Assembly: GCA_944349765.1 (NCBI GenBank)
Contig: CALVNN010000001.1
Coordinates: forward strand, 87,138 to 151,137
DNA: 64,000 nt
Direction: 5' to 3'
Origin: an uncultured Clostridia bacterium
GTDB taxonomy: Bacteria; Bacillota; Clostridia; Christensenellales; UBA1242
A model generated the notes under the pieces. It saw nothing but the letters and a program-made list of their open reading frames with translations. It was not told where the DNA came from and did no database searches. Both the position numbers and the translations under genes were made by a program. Of this stretch, positions 8,398 through 18,231 are shown in pieces (the first letter of the stretch is position 1; each line of letters starts with the position of its first letter).

Positions 8398-8847
8398 ATG
8401 GAAGAGCGATTTAAGACTTTTACGGTATTGATTGCAAATTTAAGTCGTTGTATAAGAAAAATAAAGACGGAAGAGATGGCTGAGTTTAATTTGAAGAGTC
8501 CGCATGTTTCTTGTTTGTACTATTTGTATAAGGCTAAAGTACTAACATCCAAAGAACTTTGTGATATTTGTGAGGAAGATAAGGCTAATATTTCGCGTTC
8601 TGTAGACTATCTTGAAAAGAATGGTTATTTGGTTTGTGAGTCCAAAAGTCAAAAGAGGTACAAGAGTCCACTTGCACTCACAGATAAAGGACGAGAAGTC
8701 GGGGAGCTTATTGCGAATAAAATAGATAATATTTTAAACTTAGCGAGTGAGGGCTTGACCGAGGAGGATAGGGTAATCCTATATAAGAGCCTTGCTTTAA
8801 TTAATAAAAATTTGCAAAATTTTTGCTCAAAATATGAAAATCAATAG
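8398..8847 (+). CDS. MarR-family transcriptional regulator
   Basis: About 150 aa. It has a winged-helix region (LTSKELCDICEEDKANISRSVDYLEKNGYL) typical of MarR. A GGAGGA RBS lies upstream. Confidence 0.75.
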   Translation: MEERFKTFTVLIANLSRCIRKIKTEEMAEFNLKSPHVSCLYYLYKAKVLTSKELCDICEEDKANISRSVDYLEKNGYLVCESKSQKRYKSPLALTDKGREVGELIANKIDNILNLASEGLTEEDRVILYKSLALINKNLQNFCSKYENQ

Positions 8848-8857
8848 AGGTGAATGT

Positions 8858-10063
8858 ATGAATATTTTTAAGAAAGCGTACTGTAGAGTGTATCAAACTA
8901 TTTTTCATTTAGCATTGCCATTGCTACCTTATAGAGAGCCTATAGTTTATGGTAACGTAGATAAAGTGGTGGATATTTTAAGGCAACACAAATTAAATTC
9001 TGTTTTGCTTGTGACGGACTCAGTATTACGTGAAATGGGCGTTACTAAATCATTAGAGACAATTTTACAAGATAATGATATAAAATGTGTTGTTTATGAC
9101 AAAACTCGTGCTAACCCGACTGTAGAGAATGTAGAAGAAGCACTTTCCCTATATTTAGAGCAAGGATGTGAGTGCCTTATTGCTTTTGGTGGCGGTTCGT
9201 CAATGGATTGTGCTAAAGCTGTGGGTGCACGTGTGGCTTATCCAAAAAAGTCATTAAATAAATTGAAGGGGATCTTAAAAGTACGAAAAAAGATACCGAC
9301 CCTTATAGCTATACCAACTACAGCTGGTACAGGTAGTGAAGTGACACTTACAGCGGTAATTACCGACCCAAAGACGAAGCATAAGTACACTATGAATGAT
9401 TTTCCACTAATTCCGTCATATGCAATTTTGGACCCTAAGGTTACTTATACATTGCCACCTAGTTTGACTGCAACTACTGGCTTAGACGCCTTGACGCATT
9501 GTGTGGAGGCTTATATAGGACGTTCGACGACCAAGGAGACACGTCAAAAAGCTCTGGAAGCGACATCTTTGATATTTAAATATATAGAAAAAGCGTTTGA
9601 GAATGGTGAAGATAATGAAGCTAGAGCTAATATGCTAAAGGCGGCGTATCTTGCAGGCGTAGCATTTTCAAAATCTTATGTTGGGTATATACACGCAGTT
9701 GCGCATTCTTTAGGCGGACAGTACAACATCCCACACGGATTAGCTAATGCTGTGATAATGCCTTATGTGCTTGAGGATTACGGTAAGTCAGTTTATAAAA
9801 AATTGCATTCTCTAGGTATAGCTGCGGGCGTTTGTAGCACGCAGGATAATTATGAGGAGGGTGCGAAAAAATTTATTGAAGCCATACGTGAATTAAATGC
9901 AAGAATGAATATACCAGGAAAATTACAGGGTATAATAAAAGAAGACATCCCACAAATGGCTGCGCACGCAGATAAAGAAGCTAATCCTTTATACCCTGTG
10001 CCAAAACTTATGGATAAAAAAGAATTAGAAAAATTTTATTATGACATAGCGGATTGGAGTTAA
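8858..10063 (+). CDS. Iron-containing (group III) alcohol dehydrogenase
   Basis: GGGSSMDCAKA nucleotide-binding motif, and metal-binding His residues in the HAVAHSLGGQYNIPHG context. An AGAGGTG RBS precedes the ATG at 8858. Confidence 0.85.
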   Translation: MNIFKKAYCRVYQTIFHLALPLLPYREPIVYGNVDKVVDILRQHKLNSVLLVTDSVLREMGVTKSLETILQDNDIKCVVYDKTRANPTVENVEEALSLYLEQGCECLIAFGGGSSMDCAKAVGARVAYPKKSLNKLKGILKVRKKIPTLIAIPTTAGTGSEVTLTAVITDPKTKHKYTMNDFPLIPSYAILDPKVTYTLPPSLTATTGLDALTHCVEAYIGRSTTKETRQKALEATSLIFKYIEKAFENGEDNEARANMLKAAYLAGVAFSKSYVGYIHAVAHSLGGQYNIPHGLANAVIMPYVLEDYGKSVYKKLHSLGIAAGVCSTQDNYEEGAKKFIEAIRELNARMNIPGKLQGIIKEDIPQMAAHADKEANPLYPVPKLMDKKELEKFYYDIADWS

Positions 10064-10067
10064 TTTT

Positions 10068-11450
10068 ATGGATAGCAATAAAATAGATGAAATTATCGAA
10101 AGTCAAAGAGCGTTTTTTAATAGTGGTGCGACACTGCCTGTGAAGTTTAGGGTAGAGATGCTTAAAAAGCTAAGAGATACCATAAAGAAATATGAAAAAG
10201 AAATTGGTCAAGCACTAAAAGATGATCTCGGTAAGAGTGATTATGAGAGTTATATGTGTGAGATAGGGCTTGCACTTTCTGAGGTAACTTATATGATAAA
10301 ACATACTCGTAAGTTCGCTAAGAAACGCAGAGTTCGTACGCCATTAGCTCAGTTTGCGTCTTGTAGTTTTAAAAAACCTTCACCTTATGGAAATACTCTT
10401 ATTATGAGTCCGTGGAATTATCCATTTCTTTTGACGATAGATCCCTTAGCTGATGCGATTTCTGCTGGAAATACAGCTGTGGTTAAGCCAAGTGCTTATT
10501 CTCCTAGTACAAGTAGTATTATAGAAAAAATTATCACGGAATGTTTTCCTACTGAATACGTGGCTGTAATCACAGGAGGACGCAAGGAAAATGCAGCACT
10601 ATTAGAGAAAAAATTTGATTTCATATTTTTTACAGGGAGTCAGAGTGTAGGCAAGGAGGTCCTCAGTTATACAGCGGAAACTTTGACGCCTGTCGTGCTT
10701 GAACTCGGCGGTAAGAGCCCTTGTATCGTAGATAGTACAGCTAAGATAAAATTAGCTGCCAAAAGAATAGTATTTGGTAAATACTTAAACTGCGGTCAAA
10801 CATGCGTTGCACCAGATTACATTCTTTGTCAAAAGTCAATAAAAGATGAGTTTGTTAAGGAAGTAATAGCACAAATAAAATCCCAGTATGGTGAAAATCC
10901 ACTTAAAAATCCTGATTATGGGAAAATTGTCAGCGAAAAACATTTTAACAGAATTTGCGGATTGATTAATAAAGAAAAAGTTGTTTGCGGTGGGCAAGCT
11001 AATAGTGAAACATTACAGATAGCACCTACTGTCTTAGATAATGTTGCTTGGGATGATGCAGTGATGCAAGAAGAAATATTTGGTCCTATTATGCCTATTC
11101 TTACGTTTGAAAGGCAAGAAGAAGTGTTTGACATCTTAAAGGATAAACCCAAACCTTTGGCTCTTTACGTTTTTTCAAGTGATAGAAATTATATCAATCA
11201 AGTTTTAGATAGATGTCGTTATGGTGGCGGGTGTATTAATGACACTATCATCCATTTAGCTACCAGTGAGATGGGCTTTGGCGGTGTCGGCGAGAGCGGT
11301 ATGGGGGCTTATCATGGTAAAGAGGGCTTTGACGTGTTTTCACATATTAAAAGCATAGTGGATAAGAAAACTTGGCTGGATTTACAGATGCGTTATCAAC
11401 CATACAACCGCAAACTATATGCTAAATTATTACACATTTTTTTAAAATAA
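10068..11450 (+). CDS. Aldehyde dehydrogenase, class-3-like
   Basis: 460 aa with ELGGKSP (catalytic Glu) and NCGQTCVAPDY (catalytic Cys). Confidence 0.85.
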   Translation: MDSNKIDEIIESQRAFFNSGATLPVKFRVEMLKKLRDTIKKYEKEIGQALKDDLGKSDYESYMCEIGLALSEVTYMIKHTRKFAKKRRVRTPLAQFASCSFKKPSPYGNTLIMSPWNYPFLLTIDPLADAISAGNTAVVKPSAYSPSTSSIIEKIITECFPTEYVAVITGGRKENAALLEKKFDFIFFTGSQSVGKEVLSYTAETLTPVVLELGGKSPCIVDSTAKIKLAAKRIVFGKYLNCGQTCVAPDYILCQKSIKDEFVKEVIAQIKSQYGENPLKNPDYGKIVSEKHFNRICGLINKEKVVCGGQANSETLQIAPTVLDNVAWDDAVMQEEIFGPIMPILTFERQEEVFDILKDKPKPLALYVFSSDRNYINQVLDRCRYGGGCINDTIIHLATSEMGFGGVGESGMGAYHGKEGFDVFSHIKSIVDKKTWLDLQMRYQPYNRKLYAKLLHIFLK

Positions 11451-11488
11451 GTGTTTGAGAATCATTACTTTACTTTAAGGAGAGTTTT

Positions 11489-12196
11489 ATGGGTTTAAAA
11501 GCGATTTTGTTTGATTTAGATGGTACTTTATTGCCTGTTGATCAGGATGTTTTTACTAAACAATATTTTAAATTGTTAGCTGGAAAAATGTCAAACTATG
11601 GTTATGAGCCAAATAAGTTAATAGAATCAGTGCTTGCTGGTACTACGGATATGGTAAAAAATAATGGTGAAGAAAGCAACGAAAAGATTTTTTGGAAAAG
11701 ATTTTTTAGCATCTATGGCAACAAGGCTGAAGACGATATGGCTTTGTTTAATGAATTTTATGCTGCGGACTTTCAAAAATTAAAAGATGTATGTGGATTT
11801 AATGATAAAGTAAAAGGTGTAATAGAGCAAATCAAACAAACGGGTGTGCGTTTGGTGGTGGCGACAAATCCACTATTTCCTAGACTAGCCACAGAAAGTC
11901 GTATTCGTTGGGCGGGCTTAGAACCAAATGATTTTGAGCTTGTGACAACCTATGAAAATTCTTGCTACTCAAAGCCTAATCCTAATTATTTTTTAGATAT
12001 TTCGAAAAAACTTGGTCTTAACGCAAATGAGTGTCTTATGGTGGGAAACAATGTTAAAGAGGATATGATAGCTAAAAATATAGGAATGAACGTATTTTTG
12101 CTAACAAATATGCTCGAAAATAAAGATAATCAAGATATATCAATTTATCCAAACGGAAATTTTGATACCTTGCTTGAGTATATTAAGGATAATTAA
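11489..12196 (+). CDS. HAD-superfamily hydrolase
   Basis: Motif I LFDLDGTL, motif II VATN, and a C-terminal VGNNVKEDM acidic motif. Confidence 0.75.
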   Translation: MGLKAILFDLDGTLLPVDQDVFTKQYFKLLAGKMSNYGYEPNKLIESVLAGTTDMVKNNGEESNEKIFWKRFFSIYGNKAEDDMALFNEFYAADFQKLKDVCGFNDKVKGVIEQIKQTGVRLVVATNPLFPRLATESRIRWAGLEPNDFELVTTYENSCYSKPNPNYFLDISKKLGLNANECLMVGNNVKEDMIAKNIGMNVFLLTNMLENKDNQDISIYPNGNFDTLLEYIKDN

Positions 12197-12203
12197 AGAT
12201 AAA

Positions 12204-12224
12204 AGCACCTTAAAGGTGCTTTTT
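12204..12224. terminator. Bidirectional terminator between the HAD gene and tRNA-Arg
   Basis: Stem AGCACCT/AGGTGCT with an A run upstream and a T run downstream. Confidence 0.6.
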
Positions 12225-12229
12225 AAGTC

Positions 12230-12305
12230 TGGTGTGAGTGGGCAGGATCGAACTGCCGGCGTTTCGCTTAGGAGGCGAACCCTCTTCCAACTGAGGTACA
12301 CCCAC
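12230..12305 (-). tRNA. tRNA-Arg (anticodon CCT), CCA encoded
   Basis: The minus strand reads GTGGGTGTACCTCAGTTGGAAGAGGGTTCGCCTCCTAAGCGAAACGCCGGCAGTTCGATCCTGCCCACTCACACCA. It folds into a cloverleaf with anticodon loop CTCCTAA and T loop GTTCGATCC. Confidence 0.88.
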
Positions 12306-12583
12306 ATAATTTTTTAATTTAAAATACAATATTTAAGCCGTAAAAATTTATGCTAACTTTGTAAGTTTAGCATATTTTTTTTAATAATTCAACATATTTG
12401 ATTATTTTTGCATTTAAAAGTTTTCTTTATTATGTATTATATTTATTTTTTACAAAAGTATTGAATTTTGACAAATTTTTGATATACTATATTTAAGATG
12501 TCTTGAGTCTAAATTCTCAATTTGTCTTATTTGGTGATATTAAATTGCGGTATTACTGCAATTAATAAAATTTGGAGGATTGT

Positions 12584-14290
12584 ATGAATTTAAAAAGGAA
12601 AATTTTTACTTGCTTATTGGCGTTGTGTCTATGTTTCACGCCTATTGTTTTAAGTGGCTGTATCGGCGGTAATGAGAATCCAGGTGGCGATGACGATGAG
12701 GAAACCGGAATTGATATATCTAATTACATTCAAGGGGTGAGCACTGCCTATATTGAAGATGCTAGTGCCGTAAATGAAGAGATTGTAACAAAATACAAAG
12801 AACTTGGCGACAAGATCTTGATTGCACTAAGCAATACTTATGGTGAAAAAGGTGCAGAGCTCATTTATACAAACAGAACATACTTTAATGATGAAGGGAT
12901 AGAACTTCCTATTCGTTATTATGAGACATTCCAAAACTCAATGGGACAAGATGAGTGGGCTTGGGGAAATACTGAGAGCAATGTATTTTCAACAACTAAC
13001 AAAAATTTATTTATACAAAATATGTTTGAGGCTACATTAGGTTTGAACATATCCAACTCATATTTAAGTTCTAGTTTGGGTACATATGCATCAAAAGTAG
13101 ATCACAAAGGGTTTTTCTATTATGAAGCAGATGCTATAGCTGAATACATACTAAATTATATAATTGGAGAGTCTGTAGTAGCTGAAGATAATGAGAAATT
13201 CCATGATGTGAATAATAATGGAACTTTTGATTACTATTATACTATTACAAATTATGAAGATTTAGAGAGATTTAAAGTTATTAACATAATTAGAGATTTT
13301 GATAATTCTAATGCTCGAGCTCAAGCTAGTACAAAATCTACAGAATGGAATAAAATTAATTTTGGCGAAGCGGATTTTACAACTTGGGATAAAATAGGTG
13401 ATAATGAGCCTTATACTGCGGATGGGTTATATGCTGGATATTTCTTTGATGGCGATTTTGTTTATGACGGTAACTTCTTTTTAGGTGAGCGAAGTAAAGA
13501 CTATAAGTGTGACCAATTGGAATTTTTATTATATCAATATGATAACTTAGATTCGCAAAGATATTGGGATAAGAGATATATAAGTCAAAATATTAGATTT
13601 ATAAACACTGGTTCAATTGCAAAGTGTTTATATAGTTGTTTCAAAAATTATGTAAACACTGTGTATTATATCGTTTATTCTGCGGTGGAAGAGCTTAATT
13701 GGGAATTAGCTTCTAAAGCTACTTCTAGTTTATCATCTATTAATGATTACGGGCTTAGCATGGGAGGAGATGATTCCTTTACCGCTGAATATAAAAATTA
13801 CAAATCAACCACAATACTTGCAAAAACTAATTGTAGCATGGATGCAATAGCTATGGCTTTTGAATTGGATCCTTCTATAACAGAATCAATATCTATAAGT
13901 TTGTATGCAAACTATGTTAGAACAGTAAATGGTGAGCAGGTTGCGACCAAAGCTAAATTGGGTGATGTAACCGTAAATCCAGGACTAATTAATATGGAAG
14001 GTACTCAAGGGGCTACAGAATTGTATGATTTAACATTAGCTGAGCCAGATAGGTTTGGTGCGCAAAGTACTGAGTTTTATGCGCTAGGTATCACTCAGTT
14101 TGATTTAAAAGCAGTTAATCTTTTATCATTAGGAAGCTATACGCTTCAACCATCTCCTTCATTTATTGGATCCAGTACTGAATTTAACGATCCAACTAAT
14201 GATTTTGTAGAGATTTCTTTCGTTATAAATACAGATGGATATTCAGATGCAAAATTTAAATTTGCATTTATGACAATAAATGTTGAATAA
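12584..14290 (+). CDS. Hypothetical lipoprotein (568 aa)
   Basis: GGAGGA RBS. The signal peptide has the lipobox LSG|C (MNLKRKIFTCLLALCLCFTPIVLSGCIGG), followed by an acidic linker GGDDDEETG. I did not recognise a family. Confidence 0.65.
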   Translation: MNLKRKIFTCLLALCLCFTPIVLSGCIGGNENPGGDDDEETGIDISNYIQGVSTAYIEDASAVNEEIVTKYKELGDKILIALSNTYGEKGAELIYTNRTYFNDEGIELPIRYYETFQNSMGQDEWAWGNTESNVFSTTNKNLFIQNMFEATLGLNISNSYLSSSLGTYASKVDHKGFFYYEADAIAEYILNYIIGESVVAEDNEKFHDVNNNGTFDYYYTITNYEDLERFKVINIIRDFDNSNARAQASTKSTEWNKINFGEADFTTWDKIGDNEPYTADGLYAGYFFDGDFVYDGNFFLGERSKDYKCDQLEFLLYQYDNLDSQRYWDKRYISQNIRFINTGSIAKCLYSCFKNYVNTVYYIVYSAVEELNWELASKATSSLSSINDYGLSMGGDDSFTAEYKNYKSTTILAKTNCSMDAIAMAFELDPSITESISISLYANYVRTVNGEQVATKAKLGDVTVNPGLINMEGTQGATELYDLTLAEPDRFGAQSTEFYALGITQFDLKAVNLLSLGSYTLQPSPSFIGSSTEFNDPTNDFVEISFVINTDGYSDAKFKFAFMTINVE

Positions 14291-14392
14291 ACGCTATACA
14301 AATCAAAAAAAATTTGCTATTATTGTAAATAAAAGTATACAAATAGACAAAATTATTCAAAATAATAAGAGAATTTTGTTTTGTATAGGTAG

Positions 14393-14458
14393 TTGACGCA
14401 AACTTTGGTAAGACTCTACTTATTAAAGTAGCCTTTAGCCCTATAAATTTTGCGTCGA
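14393..14458 (+). promoter_or_regulatory. Nested stem-loop in the leader of the 751-aa membrane-protein gene
   Basis: The outer stem TTGACGCAAA/TTTGCGTCGA (14393-14402 and 14449-14458) encloses the hairpin CTACTT-ATTA-AAGTAG (14416-14431). It lies 29 nt upstream of the ATG, and no T run follows. Confidence 0.3.
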
Positions 14459-14486
14459 TATTTACAAAAGTATAGGAGATAGTGGT

Positions 14487-16742
14487 ATGTCGACTTTAAT
14501 ACACTTAAATGGTTTATTAGATGGTATATTGGATTTTTTATTCGGTTGGATTATTGACTTTTTTATGGGGGTGTTAAACCTAATATTATCAGTTGTCTAT
14601 ACTATTGCTTTTGGTGCTTTTTGTGCGATAATAGATGCGTGCCAATATATCTTTAGAATATTTGCAGGTACGGCTGACGCTATATATACTGAGGCAGGAG
14701 AGAATATATTTGGCGGTGAAAATTTATTTGGTGATCCTACAGGTAATATCCTTTTTGACTTTTTAATGAGTAGTACGGTCATAAGTATATTCGTTAAGCT
14801 TACAGTCTTAAGTCTATTCCTTATCATTATATTTACTATTGTTGCTATAGTGAAACAAGAGTATGCTACCGAAGTGACTAAACCAGAAAATAATAAGATG
14901 GCTATCGTCGCTAAATCTGGACGAGCTCTGATGTCTATATTTTTTATTCCTATTATATGTATCTTTGGTATATATGCATCAAATATGATACTTAAAGCCG
15001 TGGATTTAGCCACAAGCAATGGGGGTAATAGTCTAGGTGCTAGAATCTTTGTTGCGTCCTCGTTTAATGCGAACCGAGCCCGTATTGATGTAGAATTTTA
15101 CAACGCATTATGCGGACGGGAATCCGAGTATACTTTACATAATACATTCGATGGATATTTTGCTGATGGTGCGACAAATACAGATAAGGGAATGGACATT
15201 GTAGCGACAAATGTTGATGAAGCCTTTTTAGCAAATGCCCCTTTCCCTAGTAAAGAAGGTAGTAATGAACCTATAGAGTGGGTCGAGGGTGATACTTTTG
15301 GTACTGGTATCAAATACACATTTGCTTTTGGTACCCCAGAAGCTTCAACAACGTTCTCTGTCAATAACTTTACGGTAGCACACTATTATTACGATCTATG
15401 GAAATTTGATTATGTAGTTGCTGCTGTGACTGGTATTTTTATGACGTTTATGTTCCTAAAATTACTAATTACATTGGCAAAACGTATCTATGAGATAATT
15501 CTCTTATTCTTAGCAAGTCCAGTGGTAGCATCTATGATGCCACTGGACGGGGGTAATGCCCTAAAAGACTGGCGAAAACAGTTTATTGCCAAGATATTTA
15601 TGATATATGGTCCAGTAGTTGCGATGAATCTATTTATTTCAATATTTGGATTATTTACTAGCGTGGACAGTCTTGGTACTATAGTAAATGTACTGTTAAC
15701 GAGCTTTGGAATTACGGAAGAGCCTCTTTCATTCGTTGGTCCAGCCGCTCTACCTTTCCTAGATGCTAGTAGTGCGATTTATAAGAAGTTGCCACTTCTT
15801 TATCAAGCATATCAATTGATACTATGTATCTTTATGTGTGCTGGTGTTATGGTTGTTGACCAAACAAGCAAATGGGTATCTAGTTGGATAGGTGCTGAAG
15901 ATCCATTAGTTGCTGTTAAAGAAAATAACAAGGGCTTTAAAGATCGTATGACCAATTCAGCAAAAATAGCAGCAGCTATACCTGGTGCTGTCGGAGCTGC
16001 CGCTAAAGCAACTGGCAAGTTTGCACAAAGTGCTGCAAATGTTGCATCTAGACCTTTTAGAAAAAGGAAAGCAGAAAAAGAGTTTGCTGATGCTAAGAGT
16101 GATGCACGATCTAAATTTAAAGCTTCTAAGAAAGAAATGAGAAGTTTAAGAGCTAATGCGAGTGAGGCTGATAAAGAAGGCTTTAATCAAATTGAACAAG
16201 AATATCAAGGACTTATTGCTGGCGGGGTTACAGAGAAAGAAGCTAGAGAAATTATGTCAAATAATATTGCTGTAGGTAAGTATGCAGGAAGTGCAGAACT
16301 TCAGAAGCAGTATATGGGTAGTTTTGTTCAAAATCAAACAGCAAAGGCAGAAAAGAAGCATATCAAGAAAGAAATTAAGACTAGAAGTAAAATGAGTTTA
16401 AAAGCTTACACGCAATTGAACGCTGAAAAATATGTCCAAGAAAATAAACAGCGAAAAGCTAAAAAGGCTTCTGATACGAGAGCTGCTAACAGAAAAGCAG
16501 CCGCTGAGGAAAAAGCTCAAGAAGTAGCTGATAGACAGCAAATGTTGCATTTTATTTCGAATATAAATAACATAGAGACTCAAAGAGCGGCTACAGAAAA
16601 AGCTGCAAAAGAAAGAAGGGTTTTACAAAATAAAATCAACAAAGCAAAACCTAAGGCTAAAGTAAAAGAGAAAAATTTGAAAGGTGCACACAATCAAGGG
16701 AAAAAGGAATTCCGAACAAAAAATGATGACGAAAATTCATAA
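14487..16742 (+). CDS. Polytopic membrane protein with a long Lys/Ala/Glu-rich C-terminal tail (751 aa)
   Basis: AGGAGA RBS. There are multiple hydrophobic segments in two blocks separated by a soluble loop of about 130 aa. The last 250 aa or so are highly charged (KRKAEKEFADAKSDARSKFKASKKE...). I did not recognise a family. Confidence 0.65.
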   Translation: MSTLIHLNGLLDGILDFLFGWIIDFFMGVLNLILSVVYTIAFGAFCAIIDACQYIFRIFAGTADAIYTEAGENIFGGENLFGDPTGNILFDFLMSSTVISIFVKLTVLSLFLIIIFTIVAIVKQEYATEVTKPENNKMAIVAKSGRALMSIFFIPIICIFGIYASNMILKAVDLATSNGGNSLGARIFVASSFNANRARIDVEFYNALCGRESEYTLHNTFDGYFADGATNTDKGMDIVATNVDEAFLANAPFPSKEGSNEPIEWVEGDTFGTGIKYTFAFGTPEASTTFSVNNFTVAHYYYDLWKFDYVVAAVTGIFMTFMFLKLLITLAKRIYEIILLFLASPVVASMMPLDGGNALKDWRKQFIAKIFMIYGPVVAMNLFISIFGLFTSVDSLGTIVNVLLTSFGITEEPLSFVGPAALPFLDASSAIYKKLPLLYQAYQLILCIFMCAGVMVVDQTSKWVSSWIGAEDPLVAVKENNKGFKDRMTNSAKIAAAIPGAVGAAAKATGKFAQSAANVASRPFRKRKAEKEFADAKSDARSKFKASKKEMRSLRANASEADKEGFNQIEQEYQGLIAGGVTEKEAREIMSNNIAVGKYAGSAELQKQYMGSFVQNQTAKAEKKHIKKEIKTRSKMSLKAYTQLNAEKYVQENKQRKAKKASDTRAANRKAAAEEKAQEVADRQQMLHFISNINNIETQRAATEKAAKERRVLQNKINKAKPKAKVKEKNLKGAHNQGKKEFRTKNDDENS

Positions 16743-16754
16743 CTTTTGATTTTT

Positions 16755-16789
16755 AAGAATGGCGACAATTAAGTCGTCATTCTTTTTTT
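16755..16789 (+). terminator. Rho-independent terminator
   Basis: 12-bp stem AAGAATGGCGAC/GTCGTCATTCTT with one G:T pair, followed by T7. Confidence 0.8.
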
Positions 16790-16874
16790 GTCAAAATAAC
16801 CTTAAATTCTTAAATGTTTTTGTTTTGTTTATATTTTTTAATATGATAAACTAGGTGGGTATGGAGGTTGTGTT

Positions 16875-18092
16875 ATGGCAAATGATGTGTTGGATCAAGA
16901 TTTATTAAAGGCTAATATATACTATGGTAAAGATGTAATATCTACTTTAAATGAGTATATAGTGAAGAATTTTAAATATCAAAAAATTCTCTTTTTTTGT
17001 AAGTCTAATGATTATAATTATATAAATGAAAATGTGCTTTCTGAAAATTATGAAAAAATTATTATTGTGTTAAATGATTTTAACATTGATAAGCTTGAAA
17101 AGATAGCTCAAAATATCAAATGTGATGTAAGGGCTCTGGTAGCGTATGGTGATTTTGAAGTAGCTCAAGCGGTGAAGTATTTTTCATGCAAAAATAATTT
17201 ACCATACATCATACTAAAAAATGAATTACCTATAGTAGAAGAATTGATAGATTACTATATATTATATGACGGCGTGTATGTAGCAGAGAAATGTGGTCCG
17301 CCAGCACAGATATTGCTTGATAGCGAAGCTTTAAAGTCTGCTAGTCGAAAAAATATTTGTAGCTTAGTATATTCTCTATTGAATAAGCTGGGTTATTTTG
17401 AAGATTATTATTTGAATTATATTATTTATAAAAGTGAATTCAATTGCAATGATTTTTTGTGCTTTAAGGATATTTATATAGAAATATACAATTTACTAGA
17501 AAAACTGTCAATGCTAGATTCGGAATCCATCTTAAGACTTGGTGATATGGTGCTTTATATGAGTGCTTTACTTAAACGACTTAACTATGAGGTCGAGCGA
17601 GATAAAATATTTGTTTTTAGTAATTTGTATTTACTATTTACAGAGAAAAAATTCAATAGTTTTGATTTTATCCTTTCTGGGCAAATTGGTTTACAGGTCA
17701 TTAATGGTATATATGAAAAATTTATCAAAGGAGTCGAAAATTTAACTTTTAGTTACATAGACATAGAGAAAAGAGTGGTTATGTTTGATAAATATTTTAA
17801 AAACTATAAACTAAACTATAACGGGTTTGAATTACCTAATATTGAAAAATTAAAGTTTGTTTTAAGTAGAAATAAAAATTTACTTTCTAATAAAATTCAA
17901 ACGCTTGGTAAGCTATCCTCTAAGCTACTAAGTAAAAGTTTTCTTGTGCAAGAAGATAGCGGATATGCCTTATCAAAAGATACAGATAGCATATCTGTAG
18001 TAAAAGCAGTGTGTTTTTGTTCGGATATTGTGAGTGGAGATAATTTTTTAAAGATTATTCGTGATTATGGTGTGTTAGAGTTGTATGAATAG
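16875..18092 (+). CDS. Hypothetical cytoplasmic protein (405 aa)
   Basis: GGAGG RBS, and no signal peptide or TM segment. The N-terminal half resembles a dehydroquinate-synthase/Fe-ADH-like Rossmann layout only vaguely, and it lacks the glycine-rich motif. The function is left open. Confidence 0.5.
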   Translation: MANDVLDQDLLKANIYYGKDVISTLNEYIVKNFKYQKILFFCKSNDYNYINENVLSENYEKIIIVLNDFNIDKLEKIAQNIKCDVRALVAYGDFEVAQAVKYFSCKNNLPYIILKNELPIVEELIDYYILYDGVYVAEKCGPPAQILLDSEALKSASRKNICSLVYSLLNKLGYFEDYYLNYIIYKSEFNCNDFLCFKDIYIEIYNLLEKLSMLDSESILRLGDMVLYMSALLKRLNYEVERDKIFVFSNLYLLFTEKKFNSFDFILSGQIGLQVINGIYEKFIKGVENLTFSYIDIEKRVVMFDKYFKNYKLNYNGFELPNIEKLKFVLSRNKNLLSNKIQTLGKLSSKLLSKSFLVQEDSGYALSKDTDSISVVKAVCFCSDIVSGDNFLKIIRDYGVLELYE

Positions 18093-18231
18093 TAAATGTT
18101 TATATTCTATTTGACAAAATAAATGTTTTTTAAAGATTTAAATGCTGATTTTTAAAAGGAGTTTAAGAATAATTTACTAAAAGCTGTTAATACTTGGTCT
18201 ATAAGGCTGAGTATTTTTTTAAGAAGGAATT

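Noticed and set aside
12350-12392. The hairpin ATGCTAA...TTAGCAT with a T run upstream of tRNA-Arg, considered as a terminator of an unseen gene or sRNA.
   Set aside because: No transcription unit feeds into it on either strand within the window. It could simply insulate the tRNA promoter, and the evidence is too thin to annotate it.
14597-16583. Antisense ORFs within the 751-aa membrane-protein gene (14597-15019, 15098-15364, 15812-16018 and 16398-16583).
   Set aside because: They have no RBS. They are hydrophobic mirror images of the sense TM segments, and the sense ORF is much longer and has a good RBS.
14487-16742. The 751-aa polytopic protein, considered as the VirB6/ConG component of a conjugative type IV secretion system or ICE.
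   Set aside because: No VirB4 or VirD4 ATPase, relaxase, cell-wall hydrolase, integrase or oriT-like repeats lie nearby. The resemblance is only in size and topology. I kept it as a hypothesis in the findings and did not annotate it.
17563-17745. A 60-aa plus-strand ORF inside the 405-aa gene, in another frame.
   Set aside because: It is fully nested, has no RBS, and its AT-rich translation looks like noise.
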